From Octopus sinensis (taxonomy: Eukaryota): a stretch of DNA of 64,000 bases. A program made the translations under genes and the position numbers. Under the pieces are notes generated by a model, which was not told the origin of the DNA, searched no databases, and saw only the letters and a program-made list of their open reading frames with translations. The stretch covers positions 41,478,001 through 41,542,000 of the forward strand of contig NC_043014.1 in NCBI RefSeq assembly GCF_006345805.1. Reading direction: 5' to 3'. Shown in pieces: positions 12,123 to 24,529 of this stretch. The stretch's first letter is position 1. Each line of letters opens with the position of its first letter.

Positions 12123-12258
12123 AATAGTAAAAAGTGAAAAAACTACAGAAGGCTTGTTTTAAAAGGTTAAAAAATATATATTTGAGTCATATATATTTTT
12201 TTAACCTTTTAAAACAAGCCTTCTGTAGTTTTTTCACTTTTTACTATTTTCTATATAT
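12113..12258. repeat. Inverted repeat (about 68-bp arms, spacer TTTGAGTCA) at the end of a (TA)n tract
   Basis: Arms 12113-12180 and 12190-12258 are reverse complements. Confidence 0.9.
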
Positions 12259-12318
12259 TCAGCCACGTGCTTTCACACACCAACTTTCTCACCTATATAT
12301 ATATAATTCTAGCAAAAA

Positions 12319-12356
12319 CTGTCTGATGAATGGCAACGAGAAACTCAGAGTAACAG
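12319..12356 (+). ncRNA. Minimal type I hammerhead motif, family H2 (helix II decayed)
   Basis: CTGT CTGATGA ATGGCAACGA GAAAC TCAGA GTA ACAG; element about 12305-12390 between (TA)n tracts; homolog at 59028. Confidence 0.65.
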
Positions 12357-12388
12357 ATTTTGTTTAATTTTCTGCTGCTTTAAATAAA

Positions 12389-12442
<54 letters not shown>

Positions 12443-12443
12443 G

Positions 12444-12605
12444 AAGGATTGGCTGTATGGTAAGTAGTATGCTTTACAGCCACATGTTCTCAGGCTCAGT
12501 GCCACTGCGTGGCACCTTGGGCAAGTGTCTTCTACTATAGCCTCGAGCCGACCAAAACCTCATGAGTGGATTTGGTAGACGGAAACTGAAAGAAGTCCGT
12601 CGTAT
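12444..12605 (+). mobile_element. SINE B 5' part
   Basis: Head and CORE-like block up to CCGTCGTAT, then microsatellite. Confidence 0.8.
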
Positions 12606-12666
12606 GAAGTACATATATATATACATATATATATACTCTGATATCGATATTGTTTGGTTTTATTTA

Positions 12667-12704
<38 letters not shown>

Positions 12705-12706
12705 TA

Positions 12707-13089
12707 TGGAAGCACTCCGTCGGTTCCGACGACGAGGGTTCCGGTTGATCCGATCAACGGAACAGCCTGCTCGCGAAATTAACGTGTAAGTGGCTGAGCA
12801 CTCCACAGACACGTGTACCCTTAACGTAGTTCTCGGGGATATTCAGCGTGACAGAGAGAGTGACAAGGCCGGCCCTTTGAAATACAGGTACAACAGAAAC
12901 AGGAAGTAAGAGTGAGAGAAAGTTGTGGTGAAAGAGTACAGCAGGGATCACCAACATCCCTGCCGGAGCCTCGTGGAGCTTTAGGTGTTTTCGCTCTATA
13001 AACACTCACAACGCCCGGTTTGGGAATCGAAACCGCGATCCTACGACCGCGAGTCCGCTGCCCTAACCACTGGGCCATTGCGCCTCCAC
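12707..13089 (-). mobile_element. SINE family C, full length, in a CA microsatellite
   Basis: Reverse complement of 1180-1566. Confidence 0.9.
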
Positions 13090-13496
13090 ACACATAAACA
13101 TATATGATGTGAATGAATGAAAATGCGTGTGTAGATATGCATTTACGCAAACATTCACACACATTTGGTACGTTTCAAACCGTCTAAGTTAAGGCAATTT
13201 TTGTATCATCAAAGTTCCAGATGTGAAAGCAGGAGTGACGTTCGTGAACTGCAGTGAATCAAAAGATTATTGTGTCATTAAACAGGTTAAAGATAGATCA
13301 GATAAAAGACAAACCACCTAGAACTAAATGAAATAGAGTATTCAGTTTCATCCTCGATTCCAAGTTAAATTTCAACCGTTGTCAATTTTGGCGTCGCTCC
13401 AGGATCGATTCAATTAAATATAGACCTCTCTTATAAGAGTTGTTTTTGAGCGTCTTTTGATACGAATTTATAAAAGCATCGTTTCAAATCTATACT

Positions 13497-13730
13497 ACCT
13501 ATTTCATTACTACCCACAAGGGGCCAAACACAGAGAGGACAAACAAGGACAGACAAACGGATTAAGTTAATTATATCAACCCCAGTGCGTAACTGGTAAT
13601 TATTTAATCGACCCCGAAAGGATGAAAGGCAAAGTCGACCTCGGCGGAATTTGAACTCGGAACGTAGCGGCAGACGAAATACTGCCAAGCATTTCGCCCA
13701 GCGTGCTAACGATTCTGCCAGTACTACCGC
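13497..13730 (-). mobile_element. SINE family A, full length
   Basis: TATTTCATTACTACCCACAAGGGG...GATTCTGCCAG. Confidence 0.88.
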
Positions 13731-13773
13731 CATGCTTCGACCTACGTAAGATATACTTAAATGTATACGCTTA

Positions 13774-14149
13774 TTCTTTTACTCTTTTACTGTGGCCATG
13801 CTGGAGCATCACCTTTAGTCGAGCAAATCGATCCCATGACTTATTCTTTGTAAGCCTAGTACTTATTCTATCGGTCTCTTATGCCGAACCGCTAATTTAC
13901 GGGGACGTAAACACACCAGCATAGGTTGTCAAGCGATGTTGGGGGGACAAACACAGACACACAAACATATACACACACATACATATATACGACGGGACTT
14001 CTTTCAGTTTCCATCTACCAAATCCACTCACAAGGCTTTGGTCGGCCCGGGGCTATAGTAGAAGACACTTGCCCAATGCTGCCACGTAGCGGGATTGAAC
14101 CCGGAACCATGTGGTTCGTAAGCAAGCTACTTACCACACAGCCACTCCT
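13774..14149 (-). mobile_element. SINE family B
   Basis: Reverse complement of 6557-6997 with part of the tail deleted. Confidence 0.88.
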
Positions 14150-14679
14150 ACAAAATCAAAAGCATAATCTGCTATGCACACCGCTTTTATGTCATTCGTA
14201 AATCCAATGACAGATAAACTACGTAATGATGTATTTATCGTCTATGTTCGGAATTCAATTTCTGCTGATCCTCACTTTATTCTTTCCTTCTTCCTGGGTC
14301 GATAGCATAAATGGCAAACAAGTACTTTTATCGTATTCAATGGTTATAAATTTATCATTCGTATTATAGATTTATCATTCGTATTATTTATATTGTGTCT
14401 AAGAAAAGTGACTGGGAAATATATATTTTGAATCATTTACTCGAGTATAAATAGCATCCCACTTATTTTTCAGTTATGAAGTCGTTTGAAATAGTGCGAC
14501 ATAGTATACAAAAGTAATTTAAGGTACTCTTAACAAGTTGATCAAAATTTAACATTTGTTTCATTTGGTCTCTACATGAAAGACGTCTTCTAAAGTGATC
14601 AAAACTGTCAAATTTCTTTGGAAATATTTCGCTATATTTGGGTTCTAATGACAAAAGGCAAGCAATTTTGGGATACGGG

Positions 14680-15228
14680 TTAAGTCGATTATATCGGCCC
14701 CAGTGCTCATCTGATACTTATTTTATCGACCGTGAGAGTTGATGTCGGTGGAATTTGAACTCAAAACGTCAAGACGGAGAAAATACTGCTGAGAAGTTTG
14801 CACGGCGCGTGCTGACGAATTTTATTTCTTTACTGCCCACAGGGGGCTAAACACAGAGGGGACAAACAAGAACAGACAAAGGGAGTAAGTCGACCCCAGT
14901 GCGTAACTGGTACTCATTTAATCGACCCCGAAAGGATGAAAGGCACAGTCGACCTCGGCGAAATTTAAACTCAGAACGTAACGGCAGATGACATACCTAT
15001 TTCTTTACTACACACAAGGGGCTAAACACACAGAGAAGACAAACAAAGACAGACAAAGGGATTAAGTCGATTATATAGATCCCAGTGCGTAACTGGTACT
15101 TATTTAATCGACTCCGAAAGGATGAAAGGTAAAGTCGACCTCGGCGGAATTTGAACTCAGAATGTAACGGCAGACGAAATACCGCTAGGCATCTCGCCCG
15201 GCGTGCCAACGATTCTGCCAGCTCGCCA
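14680..15228 (-). mobile_element. SINE A cluster including a head-to-tail dimer (14821-15228)
   Basis: Unit repeated across the junction ...ATACC|TATTTCTTTAC. Confidence 0.85.
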
Positions 15229-15632
15229 CTTAAGAGGAAGCTTGTTACATTAAAAAAGGACAACGATGAGTGTGTTAAATGCGTGTAATAAATATTCAAG
15301 TCGGTTACATCAAATAAAATGCCGAGTCGTTCCCGCTGGCAAAAAGGAGGGAGTGTATTTACACCAATTACACAGCCTAATTGGGTAGAAAAGGAGAAAG
15401 GCGGTACAACGGTTCATGTAATATCATCAAAAAGCCGATTCGAGCCTGCGCAAACGTTTCTTTGTTTCTTTGACACGTTAACTGATTTCTGACAGTTTAA
15501 AAAATTCAAGATGGAGATTTTGTGAATTTAGTCATCCATAAACACTTAGAAACAAAAACACTCCTATGCCTTCTATATTTAATCATCCAGATAGCTACAT
15601 GCATGCACATACATAATTAAATTGTGTGCTAG

Positions 15633-15666
<34 letters not shown>

Positions 15667-15680
15667 TATATACATATATA

Positions 15681-16055
15681 TACTTGCAGTATCGCCCGGC
15701 GTTGCTCGGGTTCGTTTCGACCCTTTAGAATTGAAATTTTTGAAAAGTTAAAATTTTGCATTATGTAGCTTGTTATTCTCTTTAAGTGAACATTTTTCTT
15801 GTTGAAATACACCGAAAAATGGCGACACAGCAGTCAAAAAAATCATAGAAAAAAGCACGTTTTTGATGTAAATAATTTTTCGGCTTTAACATGGTCTGAT
15901 TTGAATTTTATCCTCTACAGAATGAAGAGCAAGCCTTCTTCTATCATACTCTCAATTTTGGTCAACTTGCGCCGCAGGGTCTCGGAGGAGATAGTGTTAG
16001 TTGAAGGCTACCAAACCTGCCACACACAGACAACTTCAGCTTTATATATATAGAT
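15681..16055 (+). mobile_element. Helentron/HINE (DINE-1-like) non-autonomous element
   Basis: 5' TACTTGCAGTATCGCCCGGCGTTGCTCGGG, 3' CAGAC...GCTTTATATATATAGAT; second copy at 21868-22163; class assigned from terminal resemblance only. Confidence 0.6.
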
Positions 16056-16076
16056 ATATATAAGATGCAATGGCTA

Positions 16077-16630
16077 TCGCTACATCATTTTTTATTTCGC
16101 GCATGCGCATTGTTTGTTTATGAGTTTGTCGATTATACAGCATAGTAGAATCAGTTGAGCAACGTCTGTGAGAAAAACAGGACCACGACGCAATTTACTG
16201 AACTAGAAATTTGGAAACGGTATGCTGTACTGCTTTGAATTCGCGACGAAAGCTCCATTACAAACATTTCAGAGTGTTTGGGTGTCAATCTGAGTAGAGT
16301 GCAGAGTAAGAATTGGATGAGTCTAATGGTGATTATGAATGTACGATAGCTCTGAAAACTCACTCTGATCGTTCAGATAAGGAAACAACTCCTGAATTTG
16401 TTGGTGAGATCCATGCCATGATTGACAACGATCCTGCAAAGTCAGTATGGTCTTTCGTCAGGGACATCAGGCAGGTAGTGCATGGATACATTCGATATTC
16501 CTCATACAAGATGTGAAAGGGCCAATTTTTATCCCAAGCCTTTAGGAAAAGGGGAAAGACACGCGCTATGAAGCTTTTGAACGAACTCAAGCATCCCCCC
16601 ATCCAACTAAACATGCATTGTTTTTTCTCA
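16077..16630 (+). mobile_element. Tc1/mariner (maT-like) transposase pseudogene, N-terminal part
   Basis: DESNGDYE...KTHSDRSDKETTPEFVGEIHAMIDNDP...YKM, then FFSD; homologous to 49087-49915. Confidence 0.75.
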
Positions 16631-16912
16631 GACGGAAACTGAAAGAAGCCCGTCGTATATATGTATATATATATATCTATATATGTATGTGTGTGCGTAT
16701 ACGTTTGCGTGTCTGTGTTTGTCCCCCACCCCACCCCAACAAGGCTTGAAAACTGATGCTGGTCTGTTTATGTCCCCGTAACTTAGCGGTTCGGCAAAAG
16801 CGTACAAAGAATAAGTCCTGGGGTCGATTTACTCGACTGAAGGCGGTGCTCCAGCATGGCCGCAGTCAAATGACTGAAACAAATATATGAGTAAAAAGAG
16901 TAAAGAATAAAG

Positions 16913-16913
<1 letters not shown>
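16630..16913 (+). mobile_element. SINE B 3' part fused to the mariner remnant
   Basis: Junction at shared AGACG; ends CAGTCAAATGACTGAAAC...AAAAGAG. Confidence 0.8.
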
Positions 16914-17009
<96 letters not shown>

Positions 17010-17194
17010 TGTCTTGTACCAGTCAAAACACATTACACGTAAAGCATATTTGAAGTAAATTACGATGCCTTCCATTCAATGTTTAAAATCTATACATAAA
17101 TCGGTTTTGAGAGAAAAATCTCTGATTAAGTAATTTGAAAAAATGACAATGGGAAATATATCGGTGAAACCATACAGTTAAGTGAAAGCTAATA

Positions 17195-17233
17195 TTGGCT
17201 GAGGAGGATTTACAAGATTGAAACATGTCCAGA
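17195..17233 (+). ncRNA. Decayed hammerhead-like motif
   Basis: TTGG CTGAGGA GGATTTACAAGATT GAAAC AT GTC CAGA; core and palindromic ACATGT intact, helices I and II imperfect. Confidence 0.4.
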
Positions 17234-17354
17234 GTTATCACCGTTTCATCATACATCGAACATATTCCCTACTACTTACATCCATTTTAGTCTTTAATAA
17301 ATTTGAACTTCGAACTTATACTCTGTCTCTTTCGTGACGACTGCATTAAGTGTA

Positions 17355-17660
17355 GTGGATGCACATGACCTAGTGGTTAGAGCAGCGGACTCGTGGTCCA
17401 GGGATCGCGGGTTAGACTCTCAGACCGGGCGATGTGTGTGTTTATGAGCGAAAAAACCTAAGCTCCACGCGGCTCCTGCAGAAGGTAATGGCGAACTTTT
17501 GCTGACTCTTTCGCCACAACTTTCTCTCACTCTTTCCTCCTGCATCTTGCAGCTCACCTGCGACGGACCGGTGTCCCGTCCAGGTGGGGAAACTATGCGC
17601 CAAGAAAACCGGGAAACCGGCTCTTATGAGCCAGGCGTGGCTCAAGAAGGAACAAACAAA
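17355..17660 (+). mobile_element. SINE family E (C-like head, V-like block, GCATGGCTC(G/A)AGAAGGAAC tail)
   Basis: Matches rc of 40686-40988; flanked by 77-95 bp direct repeats. Confidence 0.85.
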
Positions 17661-17988
17661 AACATATTCCCTACTACGTACGTCCATTTTAGTCTTTGAT
17701 AAATTTAAACTTCGAACTTGACGACTGCATTAAGTGTGATTTTTCAGAGAATTCCATGAATAATTGTAATTAGATATTTCTTTCCCATCAACATGCCAAG
17801 TATTTTCATCCCACTCAACTCGTTATATGCGACTAGAAACTGATCCTCGAAAACTTGATTTCTTTATTAGTTGTATGCCAAGCAAACGTAAGGAAATTAA
17901 AACTGTAACTTCATCATTGTATAATTATTTTTTCTGTAATGTATACGATACTTCTCTGTGATACGTTGTTTGTATTGTGTGTTGACAG

Positions 17989-18077
17989 GACGATGCTGGT
18001 GGTCAAGGAGGAATTTGCGGAAACAGACTGCCTCCAACTTTATATTCAACTGATTCGGTAATGACCGTACATTTTCG
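17989..18077 (+). CDS. Internal coding exon, C-terminal half of a CUB domain (host extracellular protein, identity unknown)
   Basis: Acceptor TTGTGTGTTGACAG, donor CG|GTAAGT; 89 nt, phase 0 to phase 2; DDAGGQGGICGNRLPPTLYSTDSVMTVHF(R) fits the CUB pattern G-x-x-CG-x3-P-x4-S-x4-(M/L)-x-V-x-F. Confidence 0.8.
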
Positions 18078-18084
18078 GTAAGTT

Positions 18085-18708
18085 GTAATAATTCTTTCTA
18101 CTATAGCTACAGGGCCTGAAGTTTTATGGGAAGGAGACTAATCGATTAAATCGAACCCAATGCGTAACTGATATGTGTTTATCGATCACGAAATGATGAA
18201 AGGCATAGTCGATCTCGGGGGAATTTGGACTCAGAAAGTAAGGACGGACCAAAAGCTGGGCATGCTAACGAGTTTGCTATATCCCGCCTTAGGTAAGGTG
18301 AAAAAATATAAGTAAAATAAGACTTAATATTTAAGTTATTGGAAAGGGAGATGAGCTGGCCGAATCGTTAGCATGCCGGTGGGGCGGAATGCTTAGCAGA
18401 ATTTCGTCCGTCTTTACGTTCTGAGTTCGAATTCCACCGGGGTCCACATTACTTTTTGCTAATACTCGAAACCAGTAGGGCGGCGAGCTGGCAGAATTGT
18501 TAGCACGCCGGGGGAAATGCTTAGCAGCATTTCGTCTGCTGTTACGTTCTAAGTTCCAATTCCGCCGATGTCGACTTTGCCTTTCATTCTTTCGGGGTTG
18601 ATTAAATAAGTACCAGTTAGGCACTGGGGTCGAAGTAATCTACTTAATCTCTTTCTTTGTTCTTGTTTGTCCCCTCATGTTTAGCCCCCTGTGGGCAATA
18701 AAGAAATA
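18085..18708. mobile_element. Cluster of three SINE A copies (- 18085-18290; + 18345-18460; + 18480-18708)
   Basis: Family A head and core motifs. Confidence 0.8.
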
Positions 18709-18803
18709 TTTGAAACCAGTATTTTTACCAACACTTCAGATTTATAGTTTATTACATGTATATATATATATATATTTTTAAAATGAGGGGTTTCCCTCTA
18801 ATA

Positions 18804-18843
<40 letters not shown>

Positions 18844-18850
18844 TGTGTGT

Positions 18851-18892
<42 letters not shown>

Positions 18893-19677
18893 TTGAACTC
18901 TGTAACTTAATGTAGTGCATGACACATTTCGCTTGCAATAATACTACTGTGTAGTATTATTTCATTTCTCACTATGGTATATTGTAACGGTTATATCATT
19001 ATATATTTTTACAGCTATTTAAGTGATCCTTATTAATTTATCTTACTATAAGTATTTATGTGCATGTATGTTTTCTTGTTTCTATTTTCGAATTTTTCAT
19101 CAAGGAAAAAAATCCAGTCCCTCTTTCACTAGAAAATCTTTTGGAATAATCATATACCTACATATGAATCTATAGTGTATATATACATTTCTGTGTATGC
19201 ATACATATTATAATACACTTTTGTGTATTTCTACGAGAGTATGATGTAAATATGTAAATATGGCGCTTGGTCGAGTACGTATGTTAACTATCAGTGTTCT
19301 CAAATTTAAAATTGAATTACTATACTGGTGACGGGAGTGAGTAGAAATATGATTTTATATCTTTTTACATCTCTTTAACCCAGAAACGCGTATATAGTTA
19401 ATCAAAGCCAGGTGGATTCGTTTTTTTTTTTCTCTTTAAATGCATGAGTTGAGAGTATTAATGTATGGGGGATATCTTATGGTAGTTGTATTTAACTGCT
19501 ATTTCTAAATTTCGGTATGTGGTGAAGCAATTTTTGCTGAACCCTGATTATAATTATGCTTATAATTATAGAATTTTTGTATAAGGTTACCAATAATGGT
19601 TCTTTTAACATACCGAACTACTTGGTAAAATTATTAATTATTAATTGATTAATTAATTTTAACCTTTATTATTATTG

Positions 19678-19725
<48 letters not shown>

Positions 19726-19803
19726 CATACATGTGTATAGCTGCACAGACACACACATATATATACTTATATATAAATATATGTGCATATATATGAATAT
19801 ATA

Positions 19804-19845
<42 letters not shown>

Positions 19846-20152
19846 CGTACATATATATATATTTATACACTCACACGTAAACCAATGAAAAGAAAACAAA
19901 GAAAGTTCTTTAATACTTATAAGTTACAAAAGTTTCCGTACCAACTCCGGTTCCAACGTCCGTTTACACGAACATTCTAAAAGGAAAATTACGTAATATT
20001 TGCTGTTTTAGGCATTGGAGAGGCATTTCCTGAGACTTGCATCAAAGAGATGCTATTACATATACTCTGAAATGGACTTGCACTAAATTTTCATATTTGA
20101 TTTTCAGTGTTCATACACATACATAAATGTATGTGTGTGTGTGTGTGTGTGT

Positions 20153-20561
20153 GATCTCTTCGGTTTGAACGGTAGTTTTTCTATCGGTGTCATATGAAAT
20201 TGTCACCCATAATTATGACCCTAGTATCGATCTAGGGTTAGTTGGGGTTAGGGTTAGCGGTGGGGGGGGGGAAGGGTATCTTTTTTTCTTCACAAGTGTA
20301 AATAAACCCAATCTGTTTCTTAAACGAGGGACATATTCATACAGCACAGTATGTATTTTTTACCTCAATAGACGTCAGTGATTGGTTGAAATTGCAGAAA
20401 TTGAAGAAAAAAACAACAAATATCTTACAAACTATAGAATTTTCTTAATAAAGCCTAGAGAAAAAATGTTTTATAAACACATTCTACCAGTATACGAAGT
20501 TTAAAATTTTTTAGTTACCTAGAAATTATGTTAAAAACTACCGTTCAAACCGAAAAGATCC
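20153..20561. mobile_element. Non-autonomous TIR element with internal TTAGGG-like hexamers
   Basis: TIR GATCT(C/T)TTCGGTTTGAACGG(T/C)AGTTTTT at both ends; second copy 37192-37610, decayed piece about 45670-45900. Confidence 0.8.
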
Positions 20562-20966
20562 GTGTGTATGTATGAAAATTGAGAATCAAAGGCAAAAATG
20601 CGGTGACCGGTACTTTTCAATATGTAGAAAATCATAACAGGTTAACCAATGTGGTTTCATAGAAAACGAACACACACAGACATGGATATAAAAATACAGG
20701 TAGATGCATACATACACGCATGCATGTATGGACATAGCCATGCACTCATACTTTCAGCCGCCATTGAACATAAACCTACTTACGATTCAACTAATAATTT
20801 ATTTCGTTCATTGACAAATGAACTGTCCAAAATGAAATATAGTCCTTTTGTTTATCAATTTTATTTTTCCACTGCTGGACATTTGATTACCATTCCGCTA
20901 CACACGTTACTCCTCTGTGACAACACATCAATATTTGCATAGATCATCTCTCTCTCCCTCCCTCCA

Positions 20967-20999
<33 letters not shown>

Positions 21000-21867
21000 C
21001 CATTGTCTATTTGTCTCTCTATTTCTGTCTGTACCTCTCACCCCCTCACTCCCTTACTCGATCGTTCTTCCTCTCAGTATCACTTCGTCCAAAAGCCATC
21101 TATATAAAATAGGCCTAATACCCCATGGGGGGGCTTAAATGGTACTCGATATTTTATAACTAATATCCTTATGGGGCCCCCCTAAAATTTAACTTTTCAT
21201 AAAATAACGTATATGGCTTTCAAGCAACAAAGAAAAATGAAAGCACGGAGCTTTAAATTTAAGCTATGAAAAATTCTTTATGCATTCTTCTTAATAAATA
21301 CGAAAAAGTTTCATACCCTCAGTGGGTCTATCGCAATTTTCAGTCAGATCTTACTAGTATTTAATACACACGTGTAAAATATACATTTGCGCGCATGTAT
21401 GTGTGTTTGTGTGCGCGCGCATGAGAGAGATAAAGCGAAAGAGAGCGAGAGAGAATATTTATGAACTTTTATTATATTTCATATAAACAATCTAAGTAGT
21501 TTCAGGATAAATACTTGACAAAGAAAACAAAGTTAGAGAAAGTGCGTTTTCACTTCAAACTTCGCATATAAACATCAATTCAAAACATCGTATCAAGTTT
21601 TCTGCCTTCATATTTTATCACACCCGAGAGTTTTACAATGCCACACCTCTTTCAATCAAAGATAGTGCTACTCTAGTAAGTAATATGGATGGCCTTGCCA
21701 ATTTTCTTAACGCGAAACCCATGTTTTCGTGCTTGGTGTTCTTGCTGTTGCAGTTATTTTGCCCCAGAGAAGTTCTGAATGACGTGAACTATCGGCAGCC
21801 ATGCTATCTTGTTCCTTGGCACAACCAGGGCCGGATTAAAACCCGTATAGGCCCTAAACACGTAAAA

Positions 21868-22163
21868 GTCCTGCGACGCAAATTGACCAAAATTGAGAGT
21901 ATGATAGAAGGCTTGTTCTTCATTCTGTAGAAGAAAAAATTCAAATCGGACCATTTACATCTAAAAGGTGCTTTTTTTCTATGAAAATCCCTATTTTTTA
22001 CGACATTTTTACTGCTGTTTCGTCATTTTCGGTTTATTTCAACCAGAAAAATGTTCACTTAAGGAGAATAACAAGCTACATAATGCAAAATGTTTATGTT
22101 TCAAAAATTCCAATTCTAAAGAATCGAAACAAACCCGAGCAACGCCGGGCGATACTGCAAGTA
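21868..22163 (-). mobile_element. Helentron/HINE-like element, 3'-truncated copy
   Basis: Reverse complement of about 15681-15985. Confidence 0.65.
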
Positions 22164-22406
22164 ATGTTAAAATACAAGAAAGCGTCCTAAATAGCTGAGC
22201 ACTTATACAAGCTTTTAACATTCTACAGAAAATCATTCCTAGATATATTTAAAAGCAATATAGAATGACTAATTTACATTCTTGATTAATTTGGCAAACA
22301 ACAACTGGTTCAATCAGAATAAATACTACTTTAATCACTTGCAGACATTTTTTAACTCGCTAATTTGCTGATTGCCTAAATGTTATGCACAAATTTTACA
22401 TAATCT

Positions 22407-22541
22407 AGGCGCAGGAGTGGCTGTGTGGTAAGTATTTTTCTTACCAACCACATTGGTTCCGGGTTCATTCCCACTGCGTGGCAGCCTTGGGCAGGTGTCT
22501 TCTGCTATAGCCTCGGGCCGACCATAGCCTTCTGAGTGGAT
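22407..22541 (+). mobile_element. SINE B head, followed by a purine-rich simple repeat (to about 22710)
   Basis: AGGCGCAGGAGTGGCTGTGTGG...GAGTGGATG then (GAG/GAA)n. Confidence 0.8.
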
Positions 22542-22889
22542 GAGGAGGCGGAGGAGGAGAAGAGGAGGAAGAAGGAGAAGAAGAGGAAGAGGAAGTAGAG
22601 AAGGAAGGCGTAGAAAAAGAATAGAAGAAGAAAGAAAGAAGACAAAGAAGGGGAGGAGGCTAAGAAGAAGAAGAAGAAGAAGACCACAGGGACGACGACG
22701 AAGAAATAAATTAATGTGTTTTGATTTAAAGTCCCCAAAAATCAGCACTTGACTTTTATTTCATTTTATTGAACCCGGAAGGATAAAAGATAATCTCAGC
22801 TGGATTAATATTCAAAATGTAAAGGCGGAACAAATACCGTAAGGAATCTTGATCCCGCGCTCTAATGATTCTGCTAATCTACCGCCTCT

Positions 22890-23080
22890 TTGATGATGAT
22901 GATGATGATGATAATGATCATGATCATGACGATGACCACAGTGATGGTGATGACCACAGTGATGATGATGAGGATGATGATGGTAACGACGACGACGACG
23001 ACAACAGCGTCAATGAAGACGAGGATGATGAAGATGATGATGATGATGCTAATGGTTGATAATGATTCTTACATGTGACC
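22890..23080. repeat. (GAT/GAC)n cryptic trinucleotide repeat
   Basis: Direct reading. Confidence 0.9.
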
Positions 23081-23104
23081 GCAGACTTAAACTTAGATAA
23101 AGCA

Positions 23105-23722
23105 TTCTTTTCTATTCAAGACACGAGGCCCGAAATTTTCGGGGAGGTGGGGCCAGTCAATTAGATCGACACCAGTATGCAAATGGTACTTAATTCATCA
23201 ACCCCGAAAGGATAAAAGATGAAGTCGACCTCGGCGGAATTTGAACTCAGAACGTAAAGACAGACGAAATACCGCTAAGCATGTCGTCCGGCGTGCTAAC
23301 GTTTTTTATTTCTTTATTACCCACTAGGGGTTAAACATAGAGGGGACAAACAAGGATAGACAAAGGGATTAAGTCAATTACATCGACCCCAGTTCGTAAC
23401 TGATGCTTTATTTATCGATCCTGAGAGGATGAAAGGCAAAGTCGACCTCGGCGGAATTTGAACTCAGAACGTAGCGGCTGACGAAATACCTATTTCTTTA
23501 CTACCCACAAGAGGCTAAACACAAAGAGGACAAACAAGGACAGACAAAGGGATTAAGTCGATTATATCGACCCCAGTGCCTAACTGGTACTTATTTAATC
23601 GACCCCGAAAGGATGAAAGGCAAAGTCGACCTCAAAGGAATTTGAACTCAGAACGTAACGTCAGACGAAACACCGCTAAGAATTTCGCCCGGCGTGCTAA
23701 CGTTTCTGCCAGCTCGCCGCCT
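23105..23722 (-). mobile_element. SINE A multimer (about three units, mixed long and short tails)
   Basis: Core repeats three times; junctions GAAATACC|TATTTC and GCTAACGTTTTT|TATTTC. Confidence 0.85.
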
Positions 23723-23852
23723 TACTTAGATAAAGTATTTAAAGAAGACTGCATGGCAATCATGCCTCTCCAAAGAGCACCAACACAATAAACGGCACGA
23801 CAGTTTTGCGTCTTTTTTAAATAATTTCTTTACACTTCTACTTGTTTTCATT

Positions 23853-24238
23853 GTGGAGGTGCAATGGCCCAGTGGTTAGGGCAGCGGACTCGCGGTCGTA
23901 GGATCGTGGTTTCGATTCCAAGACCGGGCGTTGTGAGTGTTTATTGAGCGAAAACACTTAAAAGCTCCACGAGGCTCCGGCAGGGGATGGTGGTGATCCC
24001 TGCTGTACTCTTTCACCACAACTTTCTCTCACTCTTACTTCCTGTTTCTGTTGTACCCGTATTTCAAAGGGCCAGCCTTGTCACTCTCTGTGTCACGCTG
24101 AATATCCCCGAGAACTACATTAAGGGTACACGTGTCTGTGGAGTGCTCAGCCACTTACACGTTAATTTCACGAGCAGGCTGTTCCGTTGATTCGGATCAA
24201 CCGGAACCCTCGTCCTCGTAACCGACGGAGTGCTTCCA
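23853..24238 (+). mobile_element. SINE family C with TSD
   Basis: TSD TACTTGTTTTCATTG at 23839-23853 and 24239-24253. Confidence 0.92.
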
Positions 24239-24529
24239 TACTTGTTTTCATTGTTTCCTCCTCAATCTCTGTCTCTCTCTTTCTCTTAGTCTCTCTTCGC
24301 TAGTCTTCACTTATCCTCTCCACTTCCATGCCTGCCCTCCTCCTCCTCACACTATTTGTTTTTTGTTCTTTTTTTTTCTTTCTTGTTAGTCCGCACCACT
24401 TCTTTCTCAAGTACATCTTTTCATATTTTGCATTTTTGGTCGGGAAAAGTCCCATTCCATCTTACGTATTTTAAAACTAAACATTTAACCAGGAAACATT
24501 ATATACTCAGTTGTTCTACTGTTATATCA

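Noticed and set aside
20235-20270. TTAGGG units as an interstitial telomere
   Set aside because: Only 2-3 imperfect units, internal to a dispersed TIR element.
22865-23078. Poly-Asp/poly-Met ORFs
   Set aside because: (GAT)n repeat beside a decayed SINE.
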